From assembly GCA_030390025.1 (NCBI GenBank), contig CM059443.1, positions 46,190,001 through 46,254,000 of the forward strand: DNA of 64,000 nt. The letters run 5' to 3'. Shown here in pieces: positions 38,088 to 50,845 of this stretch (the first letter of the stretch is position 1; each line of letters starts with the position of its first letter). Below the pieces are notes generated by a model, which searched no databases, was not told where the DNA came from, and was given only the letters and a program-made list of their open reading frames with translations. Origin of the DNA: Squalus acanthias. Its lineage: Eukaryota. A program made the translations under genes and the position numbers.

Positions 38088-39366
38088 TCTGGAAGTAAAA
38101 AGTTGCCGTCAGTAAAAGTGGCCATGAAGCTGTCGGATTGTTGTAAAAACCCAACTGGTTCATAATGTCCTTTAGGGAAGGAAACCTGCCGTCCTTACCC
38201 GGTCTGGGCCTATATGTGACGCCAGTCCCATGTCAATGTGGTTGCCCTCTGAAGTGGCCCAGCAAACAGCTCAGTGGTGTCAAAGAAGGAAAGGACTGGC
38301 ATTTATACAGCATCTTTCACAACCTCAGGTTGTCCCAAAGCGCTTTACAGCCAATTAAGTGCGTTTGAATTTTTATCGTAATGTAGGAAATGCTACAGAC
38401 TACAGCGGTTCAAGAAGGCGGCCCACCACCACCTTCTCAAGGGCAACTAGTGATGGGCAATAAATGCCGGCCTTGCCAAGAACGATTTTCTGAAATCTGA
38501 AATCTGTCTCTTTTACTCTCTGCCGTTGGCCAACTTGTCTCCTATCAGACCTTACATCAGAACGTTCTACCCATGGATTCTCAGAAGGTGCCACATAACA
38601 CATCATGACTGGTGGCCCAAAGGAAACCACGTGGTATTAAAGGGAATGTAGCCCCATGGGTACAGAGAAAGAGGACGGCAGGTAGCCAATATTTGTGATT
38701 TGGAGTAGCGGGATTTGGGTATTAGTGAGACCCAGGGCTCTGTGCTAGGACAACCTTTGTCTTCCATTTATATAAATGATTTGGACATAGTTGGCTCTGC
38801 AACTACAGGCACCCCCGGGACTGGTGCAGGGGCTCTGTGAAGCATCGCTCATCATTTGAGCAGGACGGCTGAGAATTATGGATGTGGTGTCACTTTGAGA
38901 GGCATCTCCATCACCCAAGGCAGCTCCTGCCAATCTCTGATTCCTCCATAGTCACCTGTAAACTGCATTACGCACTCTTAAATGACTCCATGAAATGCTG
39001 ATGTTGAGCTACCAAAGTGTGTTTGTAGGAAGACCCTCTGAGGCGCGATCCCTGGGCACAGCAGCTGAAAGGGCTGAGTCCCGCAGCCAGGAAGTTGTGT
39101 CTGCTGAAATTCCGCTTGCACATGCCCGTCAAAATGTTCAAAATCACGAAGGGTTTTGGCAGAGTAAATAAGGAGGGTCGGTAACCAGAGGACACGGATT
39201 TAAGATAATTGGCAAAAGAACCAGAGGGTTCACATACACAAATCTGTGAAGGTGGCAGGGCAAGTTGATAAAGCTGCGAAAAAAAAGTATACGGGACCCT
39301 TGGCTTTATAAACAGATGTGAGAAGTCGCACAACACCAGGTTATAGTCCAACAGCTTTATTTGAAA

Positions 39367-39404
39367 TCACAAGCTTTCGGAGCGCTGCTCCTTCATCAGG
39401 TGAA
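39367..39404 (-). ncRNA. Minimal hammerhead ribozyme motif (Penelope type)
   Basis: TCAC-CTGATGA-A-GGAGC-agc-GCTCC-GAAA-GCTT-GTGA: conserved core boxes, 5-bp stem II, 4-bp stem I, palindromic AGCT stem III. Confidence 0.7.
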
Positions 39405-39595
39405 GTGAAGAGATGCATATAGTCACAGCATATATAGTCAGAGAACACTGCCAGATGATTACAGTTAATCTTTCCAACTGCCCTTTATCACACCTCTGAC
39501 ACACAGTGTGATAAAGGGCAGTTAGAAAGATTAACTGTAATCACCTGGCAGTGTTCTCTGACTATATATGCGGTGCCTATATACATTCCTTCACT

Positions 39596-39632
39596 TCACC
39601 TGATGAAGGAGCAGCGCTCCGAAAGCTTTTGA
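39596..39632 (+). ncRNA. Minimal hammerhead ribozyme motif (mirror copy, one stem I mismatch)
   Basis: CTGATGA 39600-39606, GGAGC/GCTCC stem, GAAA 39621-39624, GCTT. Confidence 0.62.
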
Positions 39633-40129
39633 TTTCAAATAAAGCTGTTGGACTATAACCTGGTGTTGTGCGACTTCTCACATTTGTCCACCCCAGTCCA
39701 ACACCGGCATCTCCACATCATTTATAAACAGAGGCAGAATACAAAAGCCAGGAAGTTATTGTAGACCTTTATAAATCACTGGGTACACCTGAGCTGGAGT
39801 ATTGCGTCCAGTTCTGGGCACTGCCCTTCAGGAAGGATGTCAAGGCCTTGGAGAGGGTGCAGAGGAGATTTACTAGAATGGTACCAGGGATGAGGGACTT
39901 CAGTTATGTGGAGAGACTGGAGACTAGAGAAGCTGGGATTGTTCACCCTGGAGCAGAGAAGGTTAAGGGGAGATTTGAAAGCCGTGGCCAAAAATCCAAA
40001 TCATTTTGAACACCTCGATTAGATCACCCCTCAGCCTTCTAAACTCAAGGGAATACAAGCCAAGTTTATGGAACTTGTGCTTATAATTTACCCCTTTAAG
40101 CGCTGGTATAGTTCTGGAGAATTTACGCT

Positions 40130-41688
40130 ACACCCTGGCCCAGACGAGATGTATCCCAGGCTGCTGTGTGAGGCAAGGGAGGAGATTGCAGGGGCTCTGA
40201 CACAGATTTTCAGAACCTCTCTGGCCACAGGGGAGGTGCCAGAGGACTGGAGAACAGCTAACGTAGTACCATTATTCAAGAAGGGTAGTAGGGATAAACC
40301 AGGGAATTACAGGCCAGTGAGCCTAACATCAGTGGTAGGGAAATTATTGGAAAAAATTCTGAGGGACAGAATTAGTCTCCACTTGGAGAGGCAAGGATTA
40401 ATCAAGGATAGTCAGCATGGCTTTGTCAGGGGGAGATCATGTCTGACCAATTTGATTGAGTTTTTTGAGGGGTTGACTAGGTGTGTGGATTAGGGTAGTG
40501 CAGTTGATGTGGTCTACATGGACTTCAGTAAGGCTTTTGACAAGGTCCCGCATGGGAGACTGGTCAAGAAGGTAAAAGCCCATGGGATCCAGGGCAACTT
40601 GGTACATTGGATCCAAAATTGGCTTAGTGGCAGGAAGCAGAGGGTGATGGTCGAAGGTTGTTTTTGTGACTGAAAGCCTGTGTCCAGTGGTGTACCGCAG
40701 GGATCGGTGCTGGGTCCTTTGCTGTTTGAAGCGTACATTAATGATTTAGATATGAATGTAGGAGGTATGATCAGTAAGTTCGCAGATGACACGAAAATTA
40801 GTGGGGTGGTAAATAGCGAGGAGGGAAGCCTCAGGCTACAGGATGATATAGACGGGTTAGTCAGATGGGCAGAACAGTGGCAAATGGACTTTAACCCTGA
40901 AAAGTGTGAGGTGATGCATTTTGGGAGGACTAACAAGGCAAGGGAATACACAATGAATGGTAGACCCTAGGAAGGACAGAGGATCAGAGGGACCTTGGTG
41001 TGCATGTACATAGATCCCTGAAGGCAGCAGGACAGGTAGATAAGGTGGTTAAAAAGGCATATGGGATACTTGCCTTCATTAGCCGAGACACAGAATATAA
41101 GAGCAGGGAGGTTATGATGGAGCTGTACAAAACGCTAGTTAGGCCACAGCTGGAATACTGTGTGCAGTTCTGGTCGCCACACTATAGGAAGGATGTGATT
41201 GCATTGGAGAGGGTGCAGAGGAGATTCACCAGGATGTTACCTGGGCTGGAGCGCTTCAGCTATGAAGAGAGACTGGACAGGCTGGGGTTGTTTTCCTTAG
41301 AGCAGAGAAGACTGAGGGGGGACCTGATTGAGGTGTACAAAATTATGAGGGGCATAGATAGGGTAGAAAGAAAGGAACTTTTCCCCTTAGTAGAGGGGTC
41401 AATAACCAGGGGCATAGTTTCAAGGTAAGGGGCAGGAGGTTTAGAGGGGATTTGAGGAAAAACTTTTTCACCCAGAGGGTGGTTGGAATCTGGAACTCAC
41501 TGCCTGAAAGGGTGGTAGAGGCAGGAACCCTCACAACATTCAAGAAGCATTTAGATGAGCACTTGAAACGCCATAGCATACAAGGCTACGGACCAAGTGC
41601 TGGAAAATGGGATTAGAATAGACAGGGCTTGATGGCCGGCGCAGACACGATGGGCCAAAGGGCCTCTTTCTGTGCTGTATAACTCTAT
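40130..41688 (+). mobile_element. 5'-truncated CR1 LINE (RT to 3' UTR) with stops
   Basis: [54 protein letters not shown]. Confidence 0.93.
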
Positions 41689-42578
41689 GGGGTAAAAATT
41701 CACTTGGTTGCGCCACCCGTTAGCGCCTTAAGAGGGCGCTAATGGGGCGCAAAGCCGCTAACGCCCGGGCGCAGCGATGTTTGCGCCGCTCGAGAACTTA
41801 ACTTGAGATTGTGCGGCGGCGCTAAAACTTACCGCTGCGACCACCTGCGCGCGCAGATTGTGACGTCATTCCATGGTGCAACGCCCTTGGGGCGCCCCGT
41901 AGCGGAAATTGAGTGGCGCCCCCTGCCTTACCGCCTGGCGCTTCCAACGACCAGAAGACTGGAACGCTATCAATCGCTGTGGGGCTGGGGGGGGCGCTAT
42001 TTAAAGGGGACCTCTTCCTGTCTTTTATTGTTGGTGGCATTTTTGAACTACGCATTCTGAGAGAGAGGGACAGACTTCTGGAGAGAGTCAACGTTGTGTG
42101 AAGGAGTTTTGGGTACTGAGCAGCACTTTGCAGGTTCATTTTGATTTGCCATTCCTTGTATCGATTTAGCAGAGACCGTGGGAGCTGCACTCTGAGCTCT
42201 TTGCCTGGTGCTCTCCATTGTTCTTTCCAGCACATTTGATGTGCAAGTCTCTCCAGGCCGAGATTCAAGGCAGCAATGAACAGGATGTGGATGGAAAGCA
42301 AGATTAACCATCCCCTTTAAGAACTGGCCCGTGCCATTGTGTGTGTGTTCCATTGCTGACTGACATTACATGAGCTTCGCCAGCGCTCCGAGTTAGCGCC
42401 TCACTGCTCGGCCTTTGCGCCTTAAGAGAGGTGTGCAGCGCCTGCTTTAGCGCTCCACTCACCTCCCGGGGCGGTAAAAGTGAAGTTTCCCGTCAGTGCC
42501 GATAATTAGCGCCAGGCGCTAATATTTGCGTCCGGACGATATTTGCGCCCCAAATGGGGCGCGACCTAATTTCTACCC
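41689..42578. mobile_element. Harbinger-like MITE, copy 2 (inverted relative to copy 1)
   Basis: GGGGTAAAAATT ... AATTTCTACCC, TSD TAT; reverse complement of 30272-31166. Confidence 0.8.
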
Positions 42579-42594
42579 TATAGACTCTATGACC

Positions 42595-43800
42595 CTCTCT
42601 AGGGCCAGTATATCCTTCCAGAACTGAACGCAGTGACTCCAGATGGGGTCTGACCAAGACGTTATAAATCTGAAGCATAACTTCCTCCCTTTTGTATTCC
42701 AGCCTCCTGGAGCTAAAGGCCAACATTCCATTCGCCTTTTTGATTGCTTTTTGTATCTGTCCACTAGTTTTTAGTGATTTGTGCACATGGACACCTAAAT
42801 CCCATTGCTCCAACACAGCTCCTCGTCTCTCACCATTAACAAAATATTTTGCTTTGTCTTTCACAGATCCGAAGTGGACGACCTCACACTTCCCCATATT
42901 GAACTCCATCTGCCAAAGTTTTGCCCCCTCATTTAGTCTGTATACTCCCTTTGTAACTTCCTGCTCCCATCTGTACAACTTACTGTGCCTCCCAACTTAG
43001 TGCAATTTGAAAACTTGGAGACACAACTCTCTCTTCCTTCATCCAAGTCATGATTATATATGGTGAAAAGCTCAGGCCCTGGCACAGATCTCTGGGGAAT
43101 ACCTCTTGTCACATCCCGCCAATCAGAGAACCAACTCTTTTGCACTACTCTCTGTCTCCTACCACCCAACTAATTATCAACCCAGGTCACAAGTCTCCAA
43201 TTCCACGTGCTCCCATTTTTTCTAATAATCTTTTGTGCGGCTCCTTATCAAATGCCTTCTGGAAATCCATATGGACAACATCCATAGACAGTCCCCTATC
43301 CACCATCCTCCAAAAAATCCAACAAGATCAGTCGGACATGACGTACCCTTTACAAATCAATGCTGACTCACTTTGATCAACTGATACTTGTCCAAGTGTT
43401 CAGTCACTCTACCCTCTGAAAATAAATTCGAGTATCTGCCCCACAATTGATGTTAACTGACAGGCCTGTAATTTCTACCTTTTCAATAATGGAGTGACAT
43501 TTGCACTTTTCCAATCCAAAGGCACAATTCCTGAATCTAGGGATCGTTGGAAAATTATGACCAATGGATCTGTAATTTAATCACCTGTTTCTTTTTAATA
43601 TCCTGGAGTAGAAACCTTCCGGTCCTGGAGATTTGTCTATCTTAAGTCCCATTATTTTCCCCATTACCATTTTTTACTAATATCCACTAAATTCCTCCAC
43701 TTGACTTATTTTTAGGTTCCTTTGTATAGTAGGTATTTTGTCTTCTTCCTCCACTGTGAAGACAGACACAAGTATTTGTTTAACAAGTCAGCCATTTTCA
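42595..43800 (-). mobile_element. Old degenerate CR1 LINE fragment
   Basis: WQMEFNMGKCEVVHFG, KKANGMLAF, LVRPHLE, GIPQRSVPGP remnants. Confidence 0.85.
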
Positions 43801-44110
43801 CAGAATCACAGAATCCCCACAGTGCAGATAGAGGCCATTTCAGCCCATCGAGCCTGCACCGACACATATCCCACCCTATCCCCGTAACCCCACGTATTTA
43901 ATCCCCCTAACACTAAGGGTCAATTTATCATAGCCAAATCAACCTAACCCGCACATCTTTGGACTGTGGGAGGAAACCGGAGCACCCGGAGGAAACCCAC
44001 GCAGACACGGGGAGAATGTGCAAACTCCACACAGACAGTCACGCGAGGCTGGATTCGAACCCGGGCCCCTGGCGCTGTGAGGCAACAGTGCTAACCACTA
44101 TGCCACCGTT
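43801..44110 (-). mobile_element. HE1-like SINE
   Basis: Same core as 14218-14645 (GGACTGTGGGAGGAAACCGGAGCACCCGGAGG). Confidence 0.85.
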
Positions 44111-44635
44111 CTTATTACCCATTATAGGACGACTCTCACTTCTTGTCTGCCTGCAGCCATTTTACGGTCTCAGTTCCAGGATGGCGCTAACTGTGACTCG
44201 CAGCCCTTTAATATCTGCTGGCTCCGGCATATCTCCCTCCAGACCCCATTGGCACTTGGTGAGCTGAGTACCAGGTGTCAATGAGCTAACCTCACATTAT
44301 AGCACGAGGTCAGTGGAATGCCGGACAGTGCGCGTGGAGTCTGAGGAAAAGCAGCACTGGCACCACTGGACCAGGACCGCATCGTCCAATCAGGAGTCAG
44401 GCCCTGACCTGACCTGGGAATGAGACTTCCTAGAGGAATGTGTCTCACTCCAGAGTCAAGTCAAACCTTAACTCTGGATCACAAGTTTTAGCACTGGGGC
44501 AAACCATAGACCACTTCACACCCACACCAAAGGCAATCTTAGTACACCTGAAGGAATCCATTGCATTCCAGAAAACAAGTGCTGAGCCTGTTGGAGGATC
44601 CTCTCAATTCACATAACGTAGCCCTTAAGTCAGAT

Positions 44636-45552
44636 AGAAAGAAAGACTTGCATTAGTATGGTGACTTTCAAGATGTCTTAACATTCTTTACAACCAATGA
44701 CATACTTTTGAAGTCACTTGAGAGGGTGCAGAGGAGATTTACCAGAATGGTTCCGGGGATGGGGGATCTTAGCTACAAGGACAGGTTGGAGAAGCTGGAT
44801 TTGTTTTCATTGGAGCAAAGGAGGTTGAGGGGTGATTTGATAGAGGTGTACAAGATTATGACGGGTTTGGATAGGCTAGACGGGGAAAGGCTGTTCCCAC
44901 TAGTTGATGGTACAAGGACTAGGGGACACAGATTTAAGGTTTTGGGCAAGAGATATGGGGGGATGTGAGGAAAAACTTTTTTACGCAGCGAGTGTTGAGG
45001 ACCTGGAACTCGCTGCCGACAGAAGTGGTGGAAGCGGAGACACTCAATGTTTTCCAGGGGAGACTGGATAGGCACTTGAGGGAAATAAACTTGCAGGGTT
45101 ACGGGGATAGAGCGGGGGAATGGGACTGACTGGATTACTCTACAGAGAGCCGGCACGGACTCGATGGGCTGAATGGCCTCCTTCTGTGAAGTTATGACTC
45201 TATGACGTGTAGTCACTGTTGTAATGTAGGAAATGCGGCAGCCAATTTGCACACAGCAAGCTCCCACAAACAGCAATGTGATACTGACCAGATAATCTGC
45301 TGATTGCGGGATAAATATTGACCAGGACACCAGGGAGAACTTCCCTGCTCTTCTTCGAAATAGTGGCCATGGGATCATTTACGTCCACCTGAGAGAGCAG
45401 GTTTAACGTCTCATCCGAAAGAGGGCACCTCCGACAGTGCAGCACTGCACTGGAGTGTCAGCCTGAATTATCTGCTCAAGTCCCTGGAGTGAGGACTTGA
45501 ACTCACGACCTTCTGACTCAGGGGTGAGGGAGCTGCCCACTGAGCCAGTGAC
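44636..45552 (-). mobile_element. Deu-domain SINE split by a + strand CR1 3' end (~44716-45206)
   Basis: SINE tail 44636-44712, body and head 45207-45552; the insert encodes [14 protein letters not shown]...RGDLIEVYK and ends in a TATGACTCTATGAC tail. Confidence 0.8.
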
Positions 45553-46592
45553 TAAACGGCAAGAGCTGAGCTCCTAAGAAGACCAGACGGAAATAAACAA
45601 GGTAGCACCCAGACTGCCCAGTGAGAACAGCTCGCAACTAACCGGATCAATTGAAACATATTAAGATATAGGAATTGGTTTCGAATCTCCAAACAATATT
45701 TGAGTTGAAATGGCAGATTTGGAGTGTGTGTCTCTGGATGTCCCAGTCAACTGAAATAACACAATCGCAGTGCCAGGCCGCGCAAGGGCTTCTCTCTGCT
45801 TCGGTTTATTTTGGTAAGATTTTTTTTCAGGGTGACTCAGATTTTCCGGAATGCTTGCCTGAGAGCAGGCTCCAGTTCAGCATAGTAAGACAAAAGAGAG
45901 GAGTTTTCATGAAATATGGATTGCGATGGCAAGTTTCGAAAGGGAGATTGTTGGTGTCCCTCCAACACCACACCATGGCACTTTGACAGGCTGGCTCCCA
46001 CTATCTGCTTCAACACTTCTCAAACTGCCTGGTATAACAACAAATCAGCTCGGTTCCTAATCACATCAGGCAGCGACTTTGAGCAGAGACTCCAAGCAGA
46101 TCTGCTGATTGCTGCTTCTCCACTTTTCCCTTTATATATCAGTGGCACAGAGGCAGTCTCACGGCCAGGACGTCTGTAGCCTGTGCAGGGATCTGCCTCT
46201 TGAAAGCTCCTGTTCAAATTATTGCACCCTGGAGAACCCTGTGCACGGAGTCAAGTATCATCCGAGCCGGATCCTGTATCCGCTCCCACTGCACAAGATG
46301 GAAACTCGCTTGTAGCCCATGGAGACTGCCTGGCAGTTAATATTACTAGACGTGTTGATGTAGTCCTGTGTCAGTACTAGCTCACGGGGCAAGTCAAACA
46401 GCTCGTAAGTACTTGAGAAATGCATTAACCGCTGAGAGGAGCGTGCAGGCTCACTCCACCCAACAGCACTGACACAATGTTTGCTCACCGCAAAAATTAA
46501 AGGCTTTCTGGGATATCTATCTGCATAAAACATGCAACTGGTACCATGGACTTTCAATAAAATGATGTTTCTTTCACTGTATTCATTGAGAG

Positions 46593-48431
46593 GGCACAGT
46601 GGGCACAGCCCGTATCCCGGGGCTGAGCGGGCACAGTCTGTACCCCGGGGTAGAGAGGGCTCAGTCTGTACCCCCGGGGCTCACGGGCTCAGTCTGTACC
46701 CTGGGGCTCACGGGCTCAGTCTGTACCCCCGGGGGGCAGAGAGGGCTCAGTCTGTACCCCGGGGGCAGAGAGGGCTCAGTCTGTACCCCGGGGCTCACGG
46801 GCTCAGTCTGTACCCCGGGGCTCACGGGCTCAGTCTGTACCCCGGGGCAGAGAGGGCTCAGTCTGTACCCCGGGGGCAGAGCGGGCTCAGTCTGTACCCC
46901 GGGGGCAGAGAGGGCTCAGTCTGTACCCCGGGGTAGTGCGGGCACAGTCTGTACCCCGGGGGCAGAGAGGGCTCAGTCTGTACCCCGGGGCAGAGAGGGC
47001 TCAGTCTGTACCCCGGGGTAGTGCGGGCACAGTCTGTACCCCGGGGGCAGAGAGGGCTCAGTCTGTACCCCGGGGGGGCAGAGAGGGCTCAGTCTGTACC
47101 CCGGGGGGGCAGAGTGGGCTCAGTCTGTACCCCGGGGGGGCAGAGAGGGCTCAGTCTGTACCCCGGGGGGGCAGAGAGGGCTCAGTCTGTACCCCGGGGC
47201 TCACGGGCTCAGTCTGTACCCCGGGGTAGTGCGGGCACAGTCTGTACCCCGGGGGCAGAGAGGGCTCAGTCTGTACCCCGGGGCAGAGAGGGCTCAGTCT
47301 GTACCCCGGGGGGACAGAGTGGGCTCAGTCTGTACCCCGGGGTAGTGCGGGCACAGTCTGTACCCCGGGGGCAGAGAGGGCTCAGTCTGTACCCTGGGGC
47401 AGAGAGGGCTCAGTCTGTACCCCGGGGTAGTGCGGGCACAGTCTGTACCCCGGGGGCAGAGAGGGCTCAGTCTGTACCCCGGGGGGGCAGAGAGGGCTCA
47501 GTCTGTACCCCGGGGGCAGAGAGGGCTCAGTCTGTACCCCGGGGGGCAGAGTGGGCTCAGTCTGTACCCCGGGGGGGCAGAGAGGGCTCAGTCTGTACCC
47601 CGGGGGCAGAGAGGGCTCAGTCTGTACCCCGGGGGGGCAGAGTGGGCTCAGTCTGTACCCCAGGGTAGTGCGGGCTCAGTCTGTACCCCGGGGCAGAGAG
47701 GGCTCAGTCTGTACCCCGGGGGGACAGAGAGGGCTCAGTCTGTACCCCGGGGGGGCAGAGAGGGCTCAGTCTGTACCCCGGGGCAGAGAGGGCTCAGTCT
47801 GTACCCCGGGGGCAGAGAGGGCTCAGTCTGTACCCCGGGGGCAGAGAGGGCTCAGTCTGTACCCCGGGGCAGAGAGGGCTCAGTCTGTACCCCGGGGGGA
47901 CAGAGTGGGCTCAGTCTGTACCCCGGGGTAGTGCGGGCACAGTCTGTACCCCGGGGGCAGAGAGGGCTCAGTCTGTACCCCGGGGCAGAGAGGGCTCAGT
48001 CTGTACCCCGGGGGGGCAGAGAGGGCTCAGTCTGTACCCCGGGGGGCAGAGAGGGCTCAGTCTGTACCCCGGGGCTCACGGGCTCAGTCTGTACCCCGGG
48101 GCTCACGGGCTCAGTCTGTACCCCGGGGCAGAGAGGGCTCAGTCTGTACCCCGGGGCAGAGAGGGCTCAGTCTGTACCCCGGGGGGGCAGAGAGGGCTCA
48201 GTCTGTACCCCGGGGTAGTGCGGGCACAGTCTGTACCCCGGGGGCAGAGAGGGCTCAGTCTGTACCCCGGGGCAGAGAGGGCTCAGTCTGTACCCCGGGG
48301 CAGAGAGGGCTCAGTCTGTACCCCGGGGGGACAGAGAGGGCTCAGTCTGTACCCCGGGGCAGAGAGGGCTCAGTCTGTACCCCGGGGCAGAGAGGGCTCA
48401 GTCTGTACCCCGGGGCTCACTGGCACAGTCA
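46593..48431. repeat. Minisatellite A, ~27-31 bp unit GGGCTCAGTCTGTACCCCGGGG(G)nCAGAGA
   Basis: Direct periodicity, with variant units CTCAC and TAGTGC and a variable G-run. Confidence 0.97.
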
Positions 48432-48789
48432 GCGCTGCAGTTTGTAATGATGGGGGGGAGGGGGGTAAATCTCTGCTTTTTTTCGGGGTGGGGGGGTGGT
48501 GGGGGAAATGCCGAAAGCACAATGACCCAGTGGCTAGCTGCAGTCTCCCTGGGCTCTGGGGGGAGGGGGCTGGAATCAGCGTTTATTTTCGGGAGTGTGA
48601 GAAACATCACATTCTGAGATGAGAGGGGGGGGGGGGGGGGAGGGGGGGGGGTGTCCCTGGAGAACCACCAGGGCTGGGTGGAGGGAGGTGGGCAAGGGGG
48701 CAGGAGAGGTGGAGATGGCTGGGGTTGGACTCCCCAGCACCCATGCTCCCTTTCCCCTGTTGGCTTGAGCTGTCCTGATGGGGAGCCTC

Positions 48790-49373
<584 letters not shown>

Positions 49374-49807
49374 TGAAAATAATACTTAACCGGGGCTGCT
49401 CACCGCCAGGGACTGGGCTGACCAGTCTCCAGATGTTAATGCAACAAATCCTTAATGTTCCACTTAAAATGTGCCAAAGTTAACTTGTATTTAAAATGCA
49501 ATATTAGTTTTAAAAAGTTGCCCCGAGAACTGCAGCAGTTTTCGTTTTTAACAAGTTACTCATGTGGCTACACTATTTCCCTGCTTAATTCCCAGTAGAA
49601 TTGCGGGAGTTTTTATTCGTAAAAAGTTACCAATGTGTCGACATTCGCCGCACTGGCCCCGTGTTAAACTCTCTCTTGAATTGCAGCGATGTTAAACCCT
49701 CTCTGTGAATTTAAAGGGTGCAATGTTCCGGGTGCAATTTGGACACAGCGCGGAGCTCCGAACGGGTTTTTAAAAGCTCTGACCATCTCTGCATCAATTG
49801 TGTGTAG

Positions 49808-49933
49808 TTTGAGGATGATGCCCTGCAGCTGGAGAAGAAATTGCGAGCGGTGGAGGATGAGAGGGATAAATTTTTGGAAGATTTCAACAAGGCTGAGGAG
49901 CGGCAGCTGATAGCAGAGGAGAATGCTGCTAAG
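49808..49933 (+). CDS. TPM1: Tropomyosin exon 2a (smooth-muscle type, 126 nt)
   Basis: AG|FEDDALQLEKKLRAVEDERDKFLEDFNKAEERQLIAEENAAK|GT; 42 codons, similar to mammalian TPM1 exon 2a (..EDERD..KAE...AAK). Confidence 0.9.
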
Positions 49934-50094
49934 GTATTTGTGCGGGTGAAGCAACTTTCTCTAAACTTCTTTCTGCTTTTCTCTCTCTCTCTCTCTCTCT
50001 CCATCTCCTCTCCCTCTGGCACACACCACGCCGCCTCTCTCCTCTCCTCTCTCTCAACTGTCTGCCATCGCCTGAAAACCTTGCTGCTATCTAA

Positions 50095-50298
<204 letters not shown>

Positions 50299-50445
50299 TG
50301 ATTTCCTCACAAGCTCTAATGCTCGAAAAATGAAATCGCAGCAGTAGCCACCAATACTGGTTCCTGTGTCACCCCCTTACTTTTTGATGTTGAAAGAATT
50401 TCCTTTTCCCAGTAGTTTTGCAGACCCCCCCACCCAAGATTGCAC

Positions 50446-50845
50446 CTAAAAATAACCCCAGGAGGTTTTAAGACAGGATTAGAAAGTGTGTGCAGACTCC
50501 CCGAGTGTGAGTGTGTGTGTATATATAGCCCAGTGCTTTATATGGCAGTGAGCTATATATGTCGTCTAGGGATCTGCCCCATTCAGAGGCGAGAAGTAGT
50601 TCTGCGGTTGTAGGACAAGGGTGTTTAACATGTTTGGCACAGAGGGAAACCCGCTCGTCACTCAACCTTCCTCCACATTATATGCAAAAGAGCAGCAATA
50701 AAAATGCCTTGGAGAACGATGCCACCAAACGCCCCATATGGAGAGTTGGAGACTGCTGCAGCGGATCCAGTGGACCCGTTCACTCCCTCCCATCTATTTG
50801 CAATGCGAGTTGGGATTACGTTCGTGCGGGATATTCCTTAAAAGG
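50446..50845. promoter_or_regulatory. Candidate intronic muscle enhancer (MEF2 + CArG)
   Basis: Consensus MEF2 CTAAAAATAA 50446-50455, near-CArG CTTTATATGG 50536-50545, consensus CArG CCTTAAAAGG 50836-50845. Confidence 0.5.

Larger units (their letters stand above)
39317..39720. mobile_element. Palindromic Penelope-type non-autonomous retroelement with two opposed hammerhead cores, inserted in a CR1 fragment
   Basis: ~175-bp inverted arms (39316-39683); 12-bp TSD TTTATAAACAGA (39305-39316 / 39721-39732). Confidence 0.8.
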
